Shown: positions 50,867-60,091 of the stretch, piece after piece
Layout of the letters: the number at the start of each line of letters is the position of its first letter
Numbering within the stretch: position 1 is the stretch's first letter
From: Syntrophales bacterium
GTDB taxonomy: Bacteria; Desulfobacterota; Syntrophia; Syntrophales; UBA2210
Assembly (NCBI GenBank): GCA_023228425.1
Contig: JALOBE010000006.1
Location: 16,974 to 80,973 of the forward strand
Direction of reading: 5' to 3'
DNA length: 64,000 nt
Position numbers and translations under genes: made by a program
The notes under the pieces: generated by a model
The model's database searches: none
What the model saw: only the letters and a program-made list of their open reading frames with translations
Told to the model about the DNA's origin: nothing

Positions 50867-51229
50867 CTATATCTCCACATTAAAACCGATAAGGTTCTTG
50901 GTATAATTTTTGTAAAAGGATTTCACATCCATGGGTTCCGTCCTCAGGCCCGGCGGATATTCAATAACCGCTTTCTTCGGGACGCCCCGCGCCTGCCTCA
51001 TCCGTACCAGCATGTCAGCCACGTGAACGGTCCAGTCGTCGGGAATCATGATGATCCCCACCGACCGGTCCTGGAGAAACGTTTCAAAGCCGATCCGGAT
51101 TTTTTCTCGAAGATCCACGCCGCTGTCTTCCTCCACACGGCAGTACTTGCCGACTCCGGCCAGCCTCATGAGTGATGTCTGGTCATCGGTGCCGATTATC
51201 GCTATTTCCAGATCCTGCAGTATTCTCAT
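50867..51229 (-). CDS. atpF: V/A-type ATP synthase subunit F
   Basis: 120 aa. It reads 'IAIIGTDDQTSLMRLAGV...VGIIMI', a CheY-like fold pattern. It lies between C and A. Confidence 0.8.
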   Translation of the reverse strand: MRILQDLEIAIIGTDDQTSLMRLAGVGKYCRVEEDSGVDLREKIRIGFETFLQDRSVGIIMIPDDWTVHVADMLVRMRQARGVPKKAVIEYPPGLRTEPMDVKSFYKNYTKNLIGFNVEI

Positions 51230-52266
51230 GATAGCATCACCAGATAGTCGCGTGTTTCTGACGGTTCCACGCCGTCATTGACTGTTTTCAGAAGCAGCCG
51301 CACGTTGCGTATTTCGAGTTCCTTGAGCAGGAAGTACCACAACAGGTTGCAGGGAGAAAGTACCCTCGGAGACAGCAGATCCTGCAGGACCTTGTATTTG
51401 TGTTTCTCGACAACGCGGTCCACGGCATCTATCATCCCCGTTTTATCGTAGAGTTTGACAAGTTCCTGGGCCGCCAGCTCGTAATCGGTTCCTTCGAGGT
51501 GTGCTGTTATCTCCAGCGGTTTCACCGTAAGAAGCTCACGGAGGGTCGCCTCGGGAAATGCCTGCCCGCCGAGAAGAAAAAACTCGCTGGACGTATCCGT
51601 TTTCCTGAAGGAGGACCGGAAGAGAAGAGACAGATTGGTGCTGTCAATGATGGTGATCAGCGCCGTCGCCAGAATAGCCCCGTCGATCATATCTGAAACC
51701 GCATGCAACAGGTGATTGAAATACCTGTTGTCGATCCCGGCTTCACCGTCAATGAGGGAGCGGCGGTCCAGATCCCTGATGCCTTCAAGAACATCGCCAT
51801 AGTCAATGAAGTCTGCCTTGACAAGAACCTCGTTAATGTCCCTGACAGTTTCAGCCATCATGAGTTCATCGAGGTAGCCCAGCTCATAGATGTCACCCAT
51901 GGGAACGGGAGGAGGCAGTTCCTTGCCGGTTACTTTCCTGAGGGCGATTTTCACGTTCAACAGGTCATACTTCCTGAGGTACAGGTCCATCAGCAGGGCC
52001 ATGTCACGGGGCAACCTGAATGCCGCGAGGCGGTTTCGGCAAAAACGCAAATAATCCCACAGCGCCTCGTCGAGTTCGTCGATCCTGTTCACGGGCTGTT
52101 CCCAGAGGTGGTCGCCGATGTCGGTACTCCTGATGGTTTCGATGGCTTCCCGTACCGTCGAGGTCCGCTGGAGCATGCCCTCCACGTGATCCGACGTTAC
52201 ACAGCGTGCTTCCTCGCCCTTGAGATAGGCTGAAGCAAAGGAATAGGAAGGGCTGACAAGCTTCAA
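51226..52266 (-). CDS. atpC: V/A-type ATP synthase subunit C (d)
   Basis: 346 aa, all-helical, ending 'FLLKELEIRNVRLLLK' as is typical of subunit C/d. Its stop overlaps the F start. Confidence 0.85.
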   Translation of the reverse strand: MKLVSPSYSFASAYLKGEEARCVTSDHVEGMLQRTSTVREAIETIRSTDIGDHLWEQPVNRIDELDEALWDYLRFCRNRLAAFRLPRDMALLMDLYLRKYDLLNVKIALRKVTGKELPPPVPMGDIYELGYLDELMMAETVRDINEVLVKADFIDYGDVLEGIRDLDRRSLIDGEAGIDNRYFNHLLHAVSDMIDGAILATALITIIDSTNLSLLFRSSFRKTDTSSEFFLLGGQAFPEATLRELLTVKPLEITAHLEGTDYELAAQELVKLYDKTGMIDAVDRVVEKHKYKVLQDLLSPRVLSPCNLLWYFLLKELEIRNVRLLLKTVNDGVEPSETRDYLVMLS

Positions 52267-52272
52267 TGGTTT

Positions 52273-52869
52273 TCAGCTCCCGAAAAGTGTCTGCCCGATT
52301 TCAGGCAGTATTTTGGGTATCAGCATCTCCAGCCTTCGTTCGAAGCTGTTGTCGATGCTGATCATACCGTCGGTCGTTTCGGCTATGATGCCGCCGAGCA
52401 TGTCTTTTTCGTATATATCCGCGACTTGTTTTTTGAGGGCATCGTCCGAGCGGACGACGTTCAGGATGGTTTCACGATCCCTGGGAGCTACGAAGAGTTG
52501 TATTTCCCCATCACTTTCAAAGGCATCAACAATTTCCTTGAGAAGTATTCTCGCCTCGGCGGCGCTCAGAATACTCTTTTCAAGCTCGTCGCGCACCCGG
52601 GCAATGATTGTATTTATGACATCGTCTTTCTCCCGTAAAACCGTCTGTCGTTCTTTCAGGGTCGACTGGGCGAGGATTTTTGCCGCTTCCCGCCTGGCCC
52701 CGGCAATTCGCTTCTGTTTTTCTTCCTCGAGGAGTTTTTTTTTCTGATCTCGGGCCTGCTCAAGTATGGCGCTCGCCCTGTTCTGAGCTTCCGCAACAAT
52801 CCGTTCGGCTTCATCGCGCGCCTTTTTGAGGATAGCTTCCCGTATTTCTTTCGTTTCCATGAGTATCAC
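52273..52869 (-). CDS. atpE: V/A-type ATP synthase subunit E
   Basis: 198 aa. It has a long N-terminal charged helix 'IREAILKKARDEAERIVAEAQ' and a globular C-terminus ending 'SIDNSFERRLE'. Confidence 0.85.
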   Translation of the reverse strand: MILMETKEIREAILKKARDEAERIVAEAQNRASAILEQARDQKKKLLEEEKQKRIAGARREAAKILAQSTLKERQTVLREKDDVINTIIARVRDELEKSILSAAEARILLKEIVDAFESDGEIQLFVAPRDRETILNVVRSDDALKKQVADIYEKDMLGGIIAETTDGMISIDNSFERRLEMLIPKILPEIGQTLFGS

Positions 52870-52885
52870 CTTTACGTATCTGTAA

Positions 52886-53356
52886 TTACATGAGTCCCAG
52901 CAGGCTCAGGGCCATGATGCTGAAAACGAGCCCGAGAACACCGAGAAGTTCGACAAAGACGGCAAGCATCAGGGAAACCGTCAGGATTCTTCCCCGCGTC
53001 TTGGGTAGCAGGGCGATTCCCGAGGCGCAGACGGAACCCTGGAACATGGCTGAGAAGGCCTGTGCCAGTCCGCCCATTATGCCGATGCCGAGAACGGCAA
53101 ATCCGGCGCCGATTGCCGCATCGGCCAGATTTGGAATGACAACGGTAAGTATGATGATGAGGATGATAAGACCGTAGAAACTCTGGGTCATGGGCAGCGA
53201 AGCCAGGACGATGACGTTCCTGAGCTGCCCGGGATCTTCCGACAAGGTAGCCGTTCCGGATGATGCCGCGTTGCCAATACCTATTGACGATCCCGCAAGA
53301 CCGCCCCCCAGCGCCATGGCGCCTCCAAAAATAGCCAAACCCTCAATCAAAGTCAT
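52886..53356 (-). CDS. atpK: V/A-type ATP synthase proteolipid subunit K (c), 4-TM duplicated form
   Basis: 156 aa from ATG 53356 (GGAGAGG about 9 nt upstream); the track start is 53377. It has four hydrophobic helices, with 'LPMTQSFYG', 'MFQGSVCASG' and the carboxylate in 'VFVELLGVLG'. Confidence 0.9.
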   Translation of the reverse strand: MTLIEGLAIFGGAMALGGGLAGSSIGIGNAASSGTATLSEDPGQLRNVIVLASLPMTQSFYGLIILIIILTVVIPNLADAAIGAGFAVLGIGIMGGLAQAFSAMFQGSVCASGIALLPKTRGRILTVSLMLAVFVELLGVLGLVFSIMALSLLGLM

Positions 53357-53379
53357 TGTCGTACACCTCTCCTTCAAGG

Positions 53380-55380
53380 TTATTTGCCCAGAACGACCTC
53401 TCGACGAAATCTCATGTGAAACGGCGTATACTCCCGTCCTCCCCCCTCGTAAAACTTGAGGAGGTATTCTACGAAGCAGAGCCTGAGCGAATGTATGAAT
53501 GAGGCCAGGCTGCTCAACAGCATATTTAACACGTGAAACATGATGAGCAGAACCATGCAGACAAGAAAACCCGCCGCCTTGCCGGGGAATCCGGGAATCA
53601 CGGCGATCGCTATTTCAGCGACCCATCCCGAAAGAAGATTGAAGGATGACGCCAGGTACGAGGTGGCGAGCCCCACTCCGGCGAGCCGGGAGTAGGACAT
53701 GATGTCCCCCAGGACACCCGTGAGATCGAAGATCCAGAAAAGGGAACCAAGCGCCCCCATGGACATGAAGGAACCGATGATAAGGAGTACGATCCCGAAG
53801 AGTATGACATACAGGAAGGCGGCATAGGCCGCGGCATCGACGGGGATGATGGGGATCTTGAACAGAACAAAAACAATGTAGGGGATGCCGAAAATCTGAA
53901 CCAAGAACAGCCCGATTTTATTAATAATAGTTCCCCGATCCCTCTCTTTTGCCGCCCGTATCAGCCCCAGCACGTGGGCTATGTTGAGGTGCACTACTCC
54001 GATGACCAGTGCGAGAATGATAAAAAATATGGGGTTCGACAGAACGTTCTGAACCGTCAGGATCACCGCCAGGGACGCGAGGTCGATTCCGAAAAATTTC
54101 TGTGGGAAATCACCCAGGTATGCCCCGGAAAGGATGCTGAACACAGCCGTGACGGTACCGCATATGTACAGCACTCTCCTGAAGAGTCTCGTCCCCTCCG
54201 AATCAGGGTCTTCCGCGATCTTGTCAAGGACAAAACGGGCCATGAGCAGCAAACCCAGGGCGTACACCAGATCGCACAGCATGATGCCGAAGAAGAACGC
54301 GAAGAAATAGGCAACACTGGGGGTGGGATCCCAATCACCGTAGCGGGGGAGGCTGAAAAGGCGGATAATTACTTCAAAAGGCTGAATTCCCTTTATGTTT
54401 TTGAGTTTCGTGGGCGGTCTGTCGACGGCGACAGGCCGGATCATCTCCACAAAAACAGTGTCCACAGCCTCCTTGAGATCCCGCTCAATCGTTCCTGCCG
54501 CATATTCGGGGATCCAGCCCTCGACGAGGCTGACGTATTGTGCCTCGGCCGCCTGGAGAAGGACCGTATACCGTCCGAACCCGGCCAGAAGTATCTCTCT
54601 GAAGAGAGCTATGTTTTCCAGTTCACCGCTGATCCCCTCCCGAATTTCGTTCTGGAGCCGTTCCGATTCTTCGAGCTTCCCGGCAATGTCACGGCGGTTC
54701 TGAACGATGAATTCCGACAGGGGGAGATCATGATCCGGTATGTCGAGAACGCTTATACCCAGGTCTTTTATTACCTGCTCCACCTGTTTCCCGGAATCGG
54801 CCCCGGTTATGAAAAAACACACCACCATGCCGTCTTCGGTCGACGGGGAAACATTCTGAAGCAGCTGTCCACCGACTTTGTCATTGAAGATCCTGAAGGT
54901 TTCATCTGTGAGAACGATAACGTTACTGAACAGGAAATCGCCGGAATAGTGAAGATCCTTGACGACGGGGTTGATTTCCTCTGCCAGCCGGCTCAGGTAC
55001 CTGTCAAGCAATTCGGAACGATTGAGTTCTTCCCTCTGCAGGTTATATTTTTTGATCACCCGCGACAGGGACTGATGAAGCTTACCTACGGCGTCGATGA
55101 CATGGGGCAGGGTGTCCCGGGTTCCCGCGTCGCCCACGTAGACTGTCCGGGGTTCCGGAAGATACGAGATGATATCGTCGAGGAGATTGATGGATTCACG
55201 TATGCGGCGCCGTTCGTTTTCGATGCGCTCGCGATCAACGGGACCCAGGTCGGAGGCTTCTTCGATATGAAGAACACCCAAGTCCTGGAGTCTTTCTAGG
55301 GTTTGTTGTGATTGGTCTTTAATGGCTATTACCCTGACCCGCATCATGGGTTCAGGAGTGTTAATGAAAATTGCTGACAT
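53380..55380 (-). CDS. atpI: V/A-type ATP synthase subunit I (a)
   Basis: 666 aa. It has a cytoplasmic N-terminal half and a C-terminal polytopic half containing 'SYSRLAGVGLATSYLA' (essential Arg region). GGGGAG lies 9 nt before the ATG. Confidence 0.9.
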   Translation of the reverse strand: MSAIFINTPEPMMRVRVIAIKDQSQQTLERLQDLGVLHIEEASDLGPVDRERIENERRRIRESINLLDDIISYLPEPRTVYVGDAGTRDTLPHVIDAVGKLHQSLSRVIKKYNLQREELNRSELLDRYLSRLAEEINPVVKDLHYSGDFLFSNVIVLTDETFRIFNDKVGGQLLQNVSPSTEDGMVVCFFITGADSGKQVEQVIKDLGISVLDIPDHDLPLSEFIVQNRRDIAGKLEESERLQNEIREGISGELENIALFREILLAGFGRYTVLLQAAEAQYVSLVEGWIPEYAAGTIERDLKEAVDTVFVEMIRPVAVDRPPTKLKNIKGIQPFEVIIRLFSLPRYGDWDPTPSVAYFFAFFFGIMLCDLVYALGLLLMARFVLDKIAEDPDSEGTRLFRRVLYICGTVTAVFSILSGAYLGDFPQKFFGIDLASLAVILTVQNVLSNPIFFIILALVIGVVHLNIAHVLGLIRAAKERDRGTIINKIGLFLVQIFGIPYIVFVLFKIPIIPVDAAAYAAFLYVILFGIVLLIIGSFMSMGALGSLFWIFDLTGVLGDIMSYSRLAGVGLATSYLASSFNLLSGWVAEIAIAVIPGFPGKAAGFLVCMVLLIMFHVLNMLLSSLASFIHSLRLCFVEYLLKFYEGGGREYTPFHMRFRREVVLGK

Positions 55381-55842
55381 AAGACTGGACTCCCCAATGC
55401 CGCTAGAGACATATTCAGGAAACCCTCTGGTTTCCTTTCAGCATCTGCCACAAAAATCTATGAGAGGCTCAAGCAACGTTCCGTTTGAATGTGCGAATCA
55501 GGTCTTTTGAAACATTACGCTTCCAGAAGCATGGTGCATTTCTGGAGAGCTTTCGGTTCAAAGAACGAGAGAAGGAGGCTTTTTACCAAGTCAGCCTATG
55601 AAAAAAAAGAAATGCCACTATAGTTTTAATATAAAGTTTATAAAAGTCAAGTATTTTCGAAAAAAATGAAAAAATCTCGGCGGAGGCACCATTTATATCA
55701 GTAATTCTGATGCTATACCCGCGGTCACAGGCCTGCTGCAACCCCACCGGCCCACAGGGTGATGATGCTATATTCTTTGCTGATGGACCCCGTTTCTGCT
55801 ATAAGGCAGCATAACCCGCCACGGTTCACAGGAGAGTGCCGA

Positions 55843-56652
55843 GTGGAGGAAAAAAAAGATACCCGCCTGTTTCTGCACCTGAAAAAATGGCTTGAGAAGG
55901 CGGCTCTGGATTACGGAATGATCGAAAAAGGGGACCGTGTACTGGTCGGTGTTTCGGGCGGAAGGGACAGCCTGGTCCTGCTGGACCTTCTGTCCACGCC
56001 CATGCTGCACCTGCCGCCCTTCGAAATCGCCGCTGTTCACATAGATCTGGGCTTCGATCCGGATTACAGGGGATGCACCCGGGTGGAACGGATGTTTCAG
56101 GAGCGCGGGCTGGAGTTCATCATCAGAAAAACAGATATAGGGATCACCGCCCACAGTGACGTGAACCGGAAAAATCCTTGTTTTCTATGCTCACGCCTGC
56201 GCAGAAAAGAAATATTTACCGCCGCTGAGGAGTTGGGATGCAATAAAATCGCTTTCGGGCACCACAAGGATGATATTATCGAGACGCTCCTTATTAACAT
56301 GTTCTATGGCAGGGAAATCAGCACGATGGTACCGGCACTGTCACTCTTCAGGGGGAAATATCACCTGATACGCCCCCTGGCCTGCCTGGACGAGGTCACG
56401 GTGAAACGCTATGCCGCCGAACGCGGTTTTCCCCACATAAAGAATGCCTGTCCCACGGAGCCCTCGTCCCGGCGGGCCTATATCAAGGATCTTCTGAAGG
56501 AACTCGAGAAAGATAACAAAGACATACGCAATAACATCGTGACATCCATGAGCCACGTAAAACCCGATTACCTCTTCAGAAGAACAACCTCTGAACCGCG
56601 TGGCGATCGGAAAAAAAAGGCGGAACTGTCCGGCACCGGTGAGATGGAATGA
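55843..56652 (+). CDS. ttcA: PP-loop ATPase, tRNA 2-thiocytidine biosynthesis TtcA-like
   Basis: It has the PP-loop 'VGVSGGRDS' and Cys motifs '[11 protein letters not shown]' and 'KNACP'. GTG 55843 (GGAGAG 6 nt upstream) is preferred; the track ORF starts at 55759. Confidence 0.8.
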   Translation: MEEKKDTRLFLHLKKWLEKAALDYGMIEKGDRVLVGVSGGRDSLVLLDLLSTPMLHLPPFEIAAVHIDLGFDPDYRGCTRVERMFQERGLEFIIRKTDIGITAHSDVNRKNPCFLCSRLRRKEIFTAAEELGCNKIAFGHHKDDIIETLLINMFYGREISTMVPALSLFRGKYHLIRPLACLDEVTVKRYAAERGFPHIKNACPTEPSSRRAYIKDLLKELEKDNKDIRNNIVTSMSHVKPDYLFRRTTSEPRGDRKKKAELSGTGEME

Positions 56653-57125
56653 CAAAGAAGAGGGACAGAACCGGCGAAAAGCCGATATGCCGCAACAAAC
56701 GTGCCTATGTCGACTATGCCATAGGCGATGTCTTCGAAGCCGGCATTGTCCTGGTGGGAACAGAAGTGAAATCACTCCGGGAGGGAAGGGCCAATCTCAA
56801 GGACAGTTACGGAACCATAAGAAACGGTGAGGTGTACCTCGAGGGCATGCATATAAGTCCCTACATCCACGGGAACCGATTCAACCACGATCCGCTCAGA
56901 ACCCGGAAACTCCTGCTGCACAAACGGGAAATAAGGCGACTCTACGGGAAGTTTCAGGAGAAGGGGTTGACCCTGGTGCCCATACGGGCCTATTTCAGAA
57001 ATGGAAAGGTAAAAATCGAGATCGGGATCGGCAGGGGCAAAAAACTCTACGACAAGCGGGAAGACCTCAAGAGAAAAACGGACCGCAGAGAGATGGAGCG
57101 GGCCATAAAAGAACGGCACCGCTGA
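56649..57125 (+). CDS. smpB: SsrA-binding protein
   Basis: 158 aa. It has '[10 protein letters not shown]...[15 protein letters not shown]' and 'LLLHKREI'. Its ATGA start overlaps the ttcA stop. Confidence 0.95.
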   Translation: MTKKRDRTGEKPICRNKRAYVDYAIGDVFEAGIVLVGTEVKSLREGRANLKDSYGTIRNGEVYLEGMHISPYIHGNRFNHDPLRTRKLLLHKREIRRLYGKFQEKGLTLVPIRAYFRNGKVKIEIGIGRGKKLYDKREDLKRKTDRREMERAIKERHR

Positions 57126-57655
57126 GGGACACAAACCCGTTGCCTCATACATACATGTTACTCAGAGCGAGACGATCTTTTTGAGTTTAGTCGGTCCTGA
57201 AAATTATTCTATCTATATAATATAACTTGATATATGTTTGTTTTTGTGCCATATATTTTTGCAAGAGTTCACCAAGAAAACCAAAGAAAGCTTGCAAATG
57301 ATACCCATGAAACCAAAGCGACCACCCCAGCACAATCGGCAAGAAGACTTGTTCCGATCGGAGCTTTCACGGGCCATAAACAGGAGTTTCGGAGTTAATG
57401 ACGGCACAGCGCCGCAAGTACCTCTTTCTTCCGGTGCGGCAGCCCGCCGCGCACCTTGGTGCGCATTGCCGACAACTCGTGACGAATCGTATCCAGTTTG
57501 CTCTGAAGGGCATACTGATGCCAGCGCGCCGTCGCCGGATTGCCGTTCTTTCATACCACCCATGTCTTGTTTGGCACCTGGTGCGGGAACCGAACCCGCA
57601 CAGAACGAACTCCCGGGGATTTCAAGCTTCCACAGGACGACCCCCGCGGCGGGGA

Positions 57656-58558
57656 TCACATCTCGGCGCGCCTCACGAACTCGTTCCAGCGCTTGTCCAC
57701 CCAGGCCTGTATCTGGTTGAGCTGTTCGATGCTCATCTTTCTGAACCGTCCCTGCCGTTCCACGTATTGAATGATGGGCGTTCTCTTCCCCTTTTCCGCC
57801 AGGGTCTTGCTTCGCCCCGTGAAGCGGAGCTTGCCCTCCTCGATTTCCAGCAGCGGGAAGATGCCCGTTTCAACGGCCATCCTGCCGACTCTGACGGTGT
57901 CTTTCGACGGGTAGCCCCACCCGGGAGGGCAGGGAGTATCGATCTGAATGTAGCGGGTTCCCTTGATGCGACCGGCCTTGACGAATTTATCGTACAGGTC
58001 GATGGGAAACGAGGGGGACACCGTGGCGATGTAGGGTATGTTGTGGGCCTCCATGATTTTGATGAAATCCTTCTTGTGGTCCCGCTTGGTGAGAATCGGT
58101 GTTGTGGTGGTGAGGGCCCCCATGGGGGTCGCTCCTGAGCGCTGGGTTCCGGTGTTCATGTAGGCTTCGTTGTCGTAGCAGGCGAAGATGAAATCCGTGT
58201 TGCGCTCGGCGGCGCCGCTCAGGGACTGGATGCCGATGTCGTAAGTGCCGCCGTCGCCGGACAGGGCGAGGACATTGACGTCGGGCCGGTTCATTGCCCT
58301 CAGGGCGGCCACGAGGCCTGCGGCGCAGGAGGCGTTGGCGGCAAAGGCGCTGTTCACGGCCGGTACGGTGACCGATGTCAACGGGTACAGTCCGTGCAGA
58401 ACACAGAGGCAGCTCGGGGGAATGGCCACGACGGTGTTCTCCCGAAGGGCCTTCAGTATATACCGGTAGGCCAGGGAAAGACCGCAGCCCTGGCACGCGC
58501 GGTTTCCGGGGAGTATGTACTCCCGTTCGTTGATTTTGAAAAAGTTTTCCTGAATCAT
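57656..58558 (-). CDS. porB: 2-oxoacid:ferredoxin oxidoreductase beta subunit (TPP-binding)
   Basis: It has 'CQGCG' and 'GDGGTYDIG' (TPP GDG motif). ATG 58558 (ATGA overlap with the alpha stop) is preferred over track start 58585. Confidence 0.9.
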   Translation of the reverse strand: MIQENFFKINEREYILPGNRACQGCGLSLAYRYILKALRENTVVAIPPSCLCVLHGLYPLTSVTVPAVNSAFAANASCAAGLVAALRAMNRPDVNVLALSGDGGTYDIGIQSLSGAAERNTDFIFACYDNEAYMNTGTQRSGATPMGALTTTTPILTKRDHKKDFIKIMEAHNIPYIATVSPSFPIDLYDKFVKAGRIKGTRYIQIDTPCPPGWGYPSKDTVRVGRMAVETGIFPLLEIEEGKLRFTGRSKTLAEKGKRTPIIQYVERQGRFRKMSIEQLNQIQAWVDKRWNEFVRRAEM

Positions 58559-59769
58559 TCCTCTTCTCCCTGACAGTTGATCCATACCGTCCTGTTGGCG
58601 CGGTCTCCGGCGTTATATCGCTCGAGGGCGTCCGTGGAGGCCTCGAGGAGATCGTCGGTCGTGACGTCCCGGCCGCCGAGGCCCGCGATGAAATCAATTA
58701 TCGGCGCGTCGATGCCTGACCCGTAGAGGGCCGCCTTGAGATCCGACGTGAGGCCCCCCTCGTAGCCGTAACTCAGACACTTTTCGAAGACCATGATGAA
58801 ACGGGCCTGCTTAAGCGCCAGGGCAAGGGCTTCCCGGGGAAAGGGTCTGAAGGACCGGATCCCCACAACGCCCGCCTTGACTCCTCCGTTCCTGAGGAGG
58901 TCCGCGACCAGCGTCGTTTCGGCAGCGATGGAACCCATGCCGGCCAGGATCACGTCGGCGTCTTCAGTCCGGTAGGACCAGATGAGGCCGCCGTAGTCAC
59001 GGCCAAACTGTTCCCCAAAGTCCCTGTTGACTTCCGTTATGACTTCCTTGGCTCGTTCCAGGCTGTTTTGAAGCTTCCTGCGCATTTCCATGTAGCCGTC
59101 ACAGAGAACGCCTTCATCGTTGTAACGACGGTTGGGAAAGAAAACGGGGTTGATCGTCCGGGGCCGCTCGGGATCGAGAAAGGTGTGGGGACGGTAGGGC
59201 GGCAGGAACCGCTTCACATCGCCGGCTTCGGGGATTTCCACGGGCATCATGGTGTGGGACAGGGTAAAACCGTCGTAACAGACCATGACGGGGGCATAGA
59301 TTTCCTCGGCGATGCGGTAGGCCTGGACCACCGTGTCGATGATCTCCTGGTTGTTCCTGCAGTAAAGCTGAATCCATCCCGTGTCGCGCTGGGACATGGA
59401 GTCCTGCTGGTCGTTGAAAATGGACCAGGGAGCAGCCACGCCCCTGTTGACGCAGCACATGACGATGGGGAGCCGCGATCCCGCCGCCCAGTGCAGCTGT
59501 TCGTGCATGTAGAGAAGGCCGTTGGCGCTGGTGGCGGTGAAGGTACGCACTCCCGCCGTTGAGGCGGCGATGAGTACCGACAGGGCGGAATGCTCGCTTT
59601 CCACCCGTACGTACTCCGCTTTCAGCGTGCCGTTTTCGACGTATTCCGAAAGGAGTTCGGAGATCCTGGTTTGGGGCGTGATGGGGTAGGCCGCTACGAC
59701 CTGCGGCTCGCAGAGGATGACGGCCAGGGCCGCCGCCTCGTTTCCCGTTATGATGCGCACCTTACTCAT
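58555..59769 (-). CDS. porA: 2-oxoacid:ferredoxin oxidoreductase alpha subunit
   Basis: 404 aa. It has 'ITGNEAAALAVILCEPQVVAAYPITPQT' and 'FTATSANGLLYMHE'. Confidence 0.9.
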   Translation of the reverse strand: MSKVRIITGNEAAALAVILCEPQVVAAYPITPQTRISELLSEYVENGTLKAEYVRVESEHSALSVLIAASTAGVRTFTATSANGLLYMHEQLHWAAGSRLPIVMCCVNRGVAAPWSIFNDQQDSMSQRDTGWIQLYCRNNQEIIDTVVQAYRIAEEIYAPVMVCYDGFTLSHTMMPVEIPEAGDVKRFLPPYRPHTFLDPERPRTINPVFFPNRRYNDEGVLCDGYMEMRRKLQNSLERAKEVITEVNRDFGEQFGRDYGGLIWSYRTEDADVILAGMGSIAAETTLVADLLRNGGVKAGVVGIRSFRPFPREALALALKQARFIMVFEKCLSYGYEGGLTSDLKAALYGSGIDAPIIDFIAGLGGRDVTTDDLLEASTDALERYNAGDRANRTVWINCQGEEE

Positions 59770-60091
59770 CGATCCTCACCTCCCGGACCATGGTTATGGC
59801 GTTGGGGGGACACTCTTCGGCGCAGATGCCGCACCCCTTGCAGTAATCGAAATCGATCGTGACGGGTATCGCCATGGAAACCACGCCTTCCGGGCAGTAG
59901 AGCCAGCAGAGAAAGCATGCGGGTTTTTCCTTCACGGAGGGAATGCATTTTTCATTGTCGATGATGGGTTTCATCTCGCTCCAGTCGCCTGTTTTTCCCG
60001 CTTCACCGATGGCGGGCGTGCAGACGCCGGAGATGTTTCTATCCTTCTGTTCCATTGGTTCTTTCTCCCAGGACAGTTCGTTCGTAGGCAA
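59762..60091 (-). CDS. porD: 2-oxoacid:ferredoxin oxidoreductase delta subunit (2x[4Fe-4S])
   Basis: It has 'CFLCWLYCP' and 'CKGCGICAEECP'. An alternative ATG at 60055 reduces the overlap with the gamma gene. Confidence 0.85.
   Translation of the reverse strand: MPTNELSWEKEPMEQKDRNISGVCTPAIGEAGKTGDWSEMKPIIDNEKCIPSVKEKPACFLCWLYCPEGVVSMAIPVTIDFDYCKGCGICAEECPPNAITMVREVRIDE

Noticed and set aside
57572-57587. TGGCAC-N5-GCGG, resembling a sigma54 -24 element
   Set aside because: The -12 part is GCGG rather than TTGC. There is no downstream gene on that strand. The sequence is better explained as part of the tRNA-like hairpin.
57126-57700. Search for tmRNA (ssrA) downstream of smpB
   Set aside because: No 5' GGGG acceptor paired with a 3' T-arm plus TCCACCA was found, and no plausible tag ORF ending in Ala-Ala-stop on either strand. 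ssrA is presumably elsewhere.
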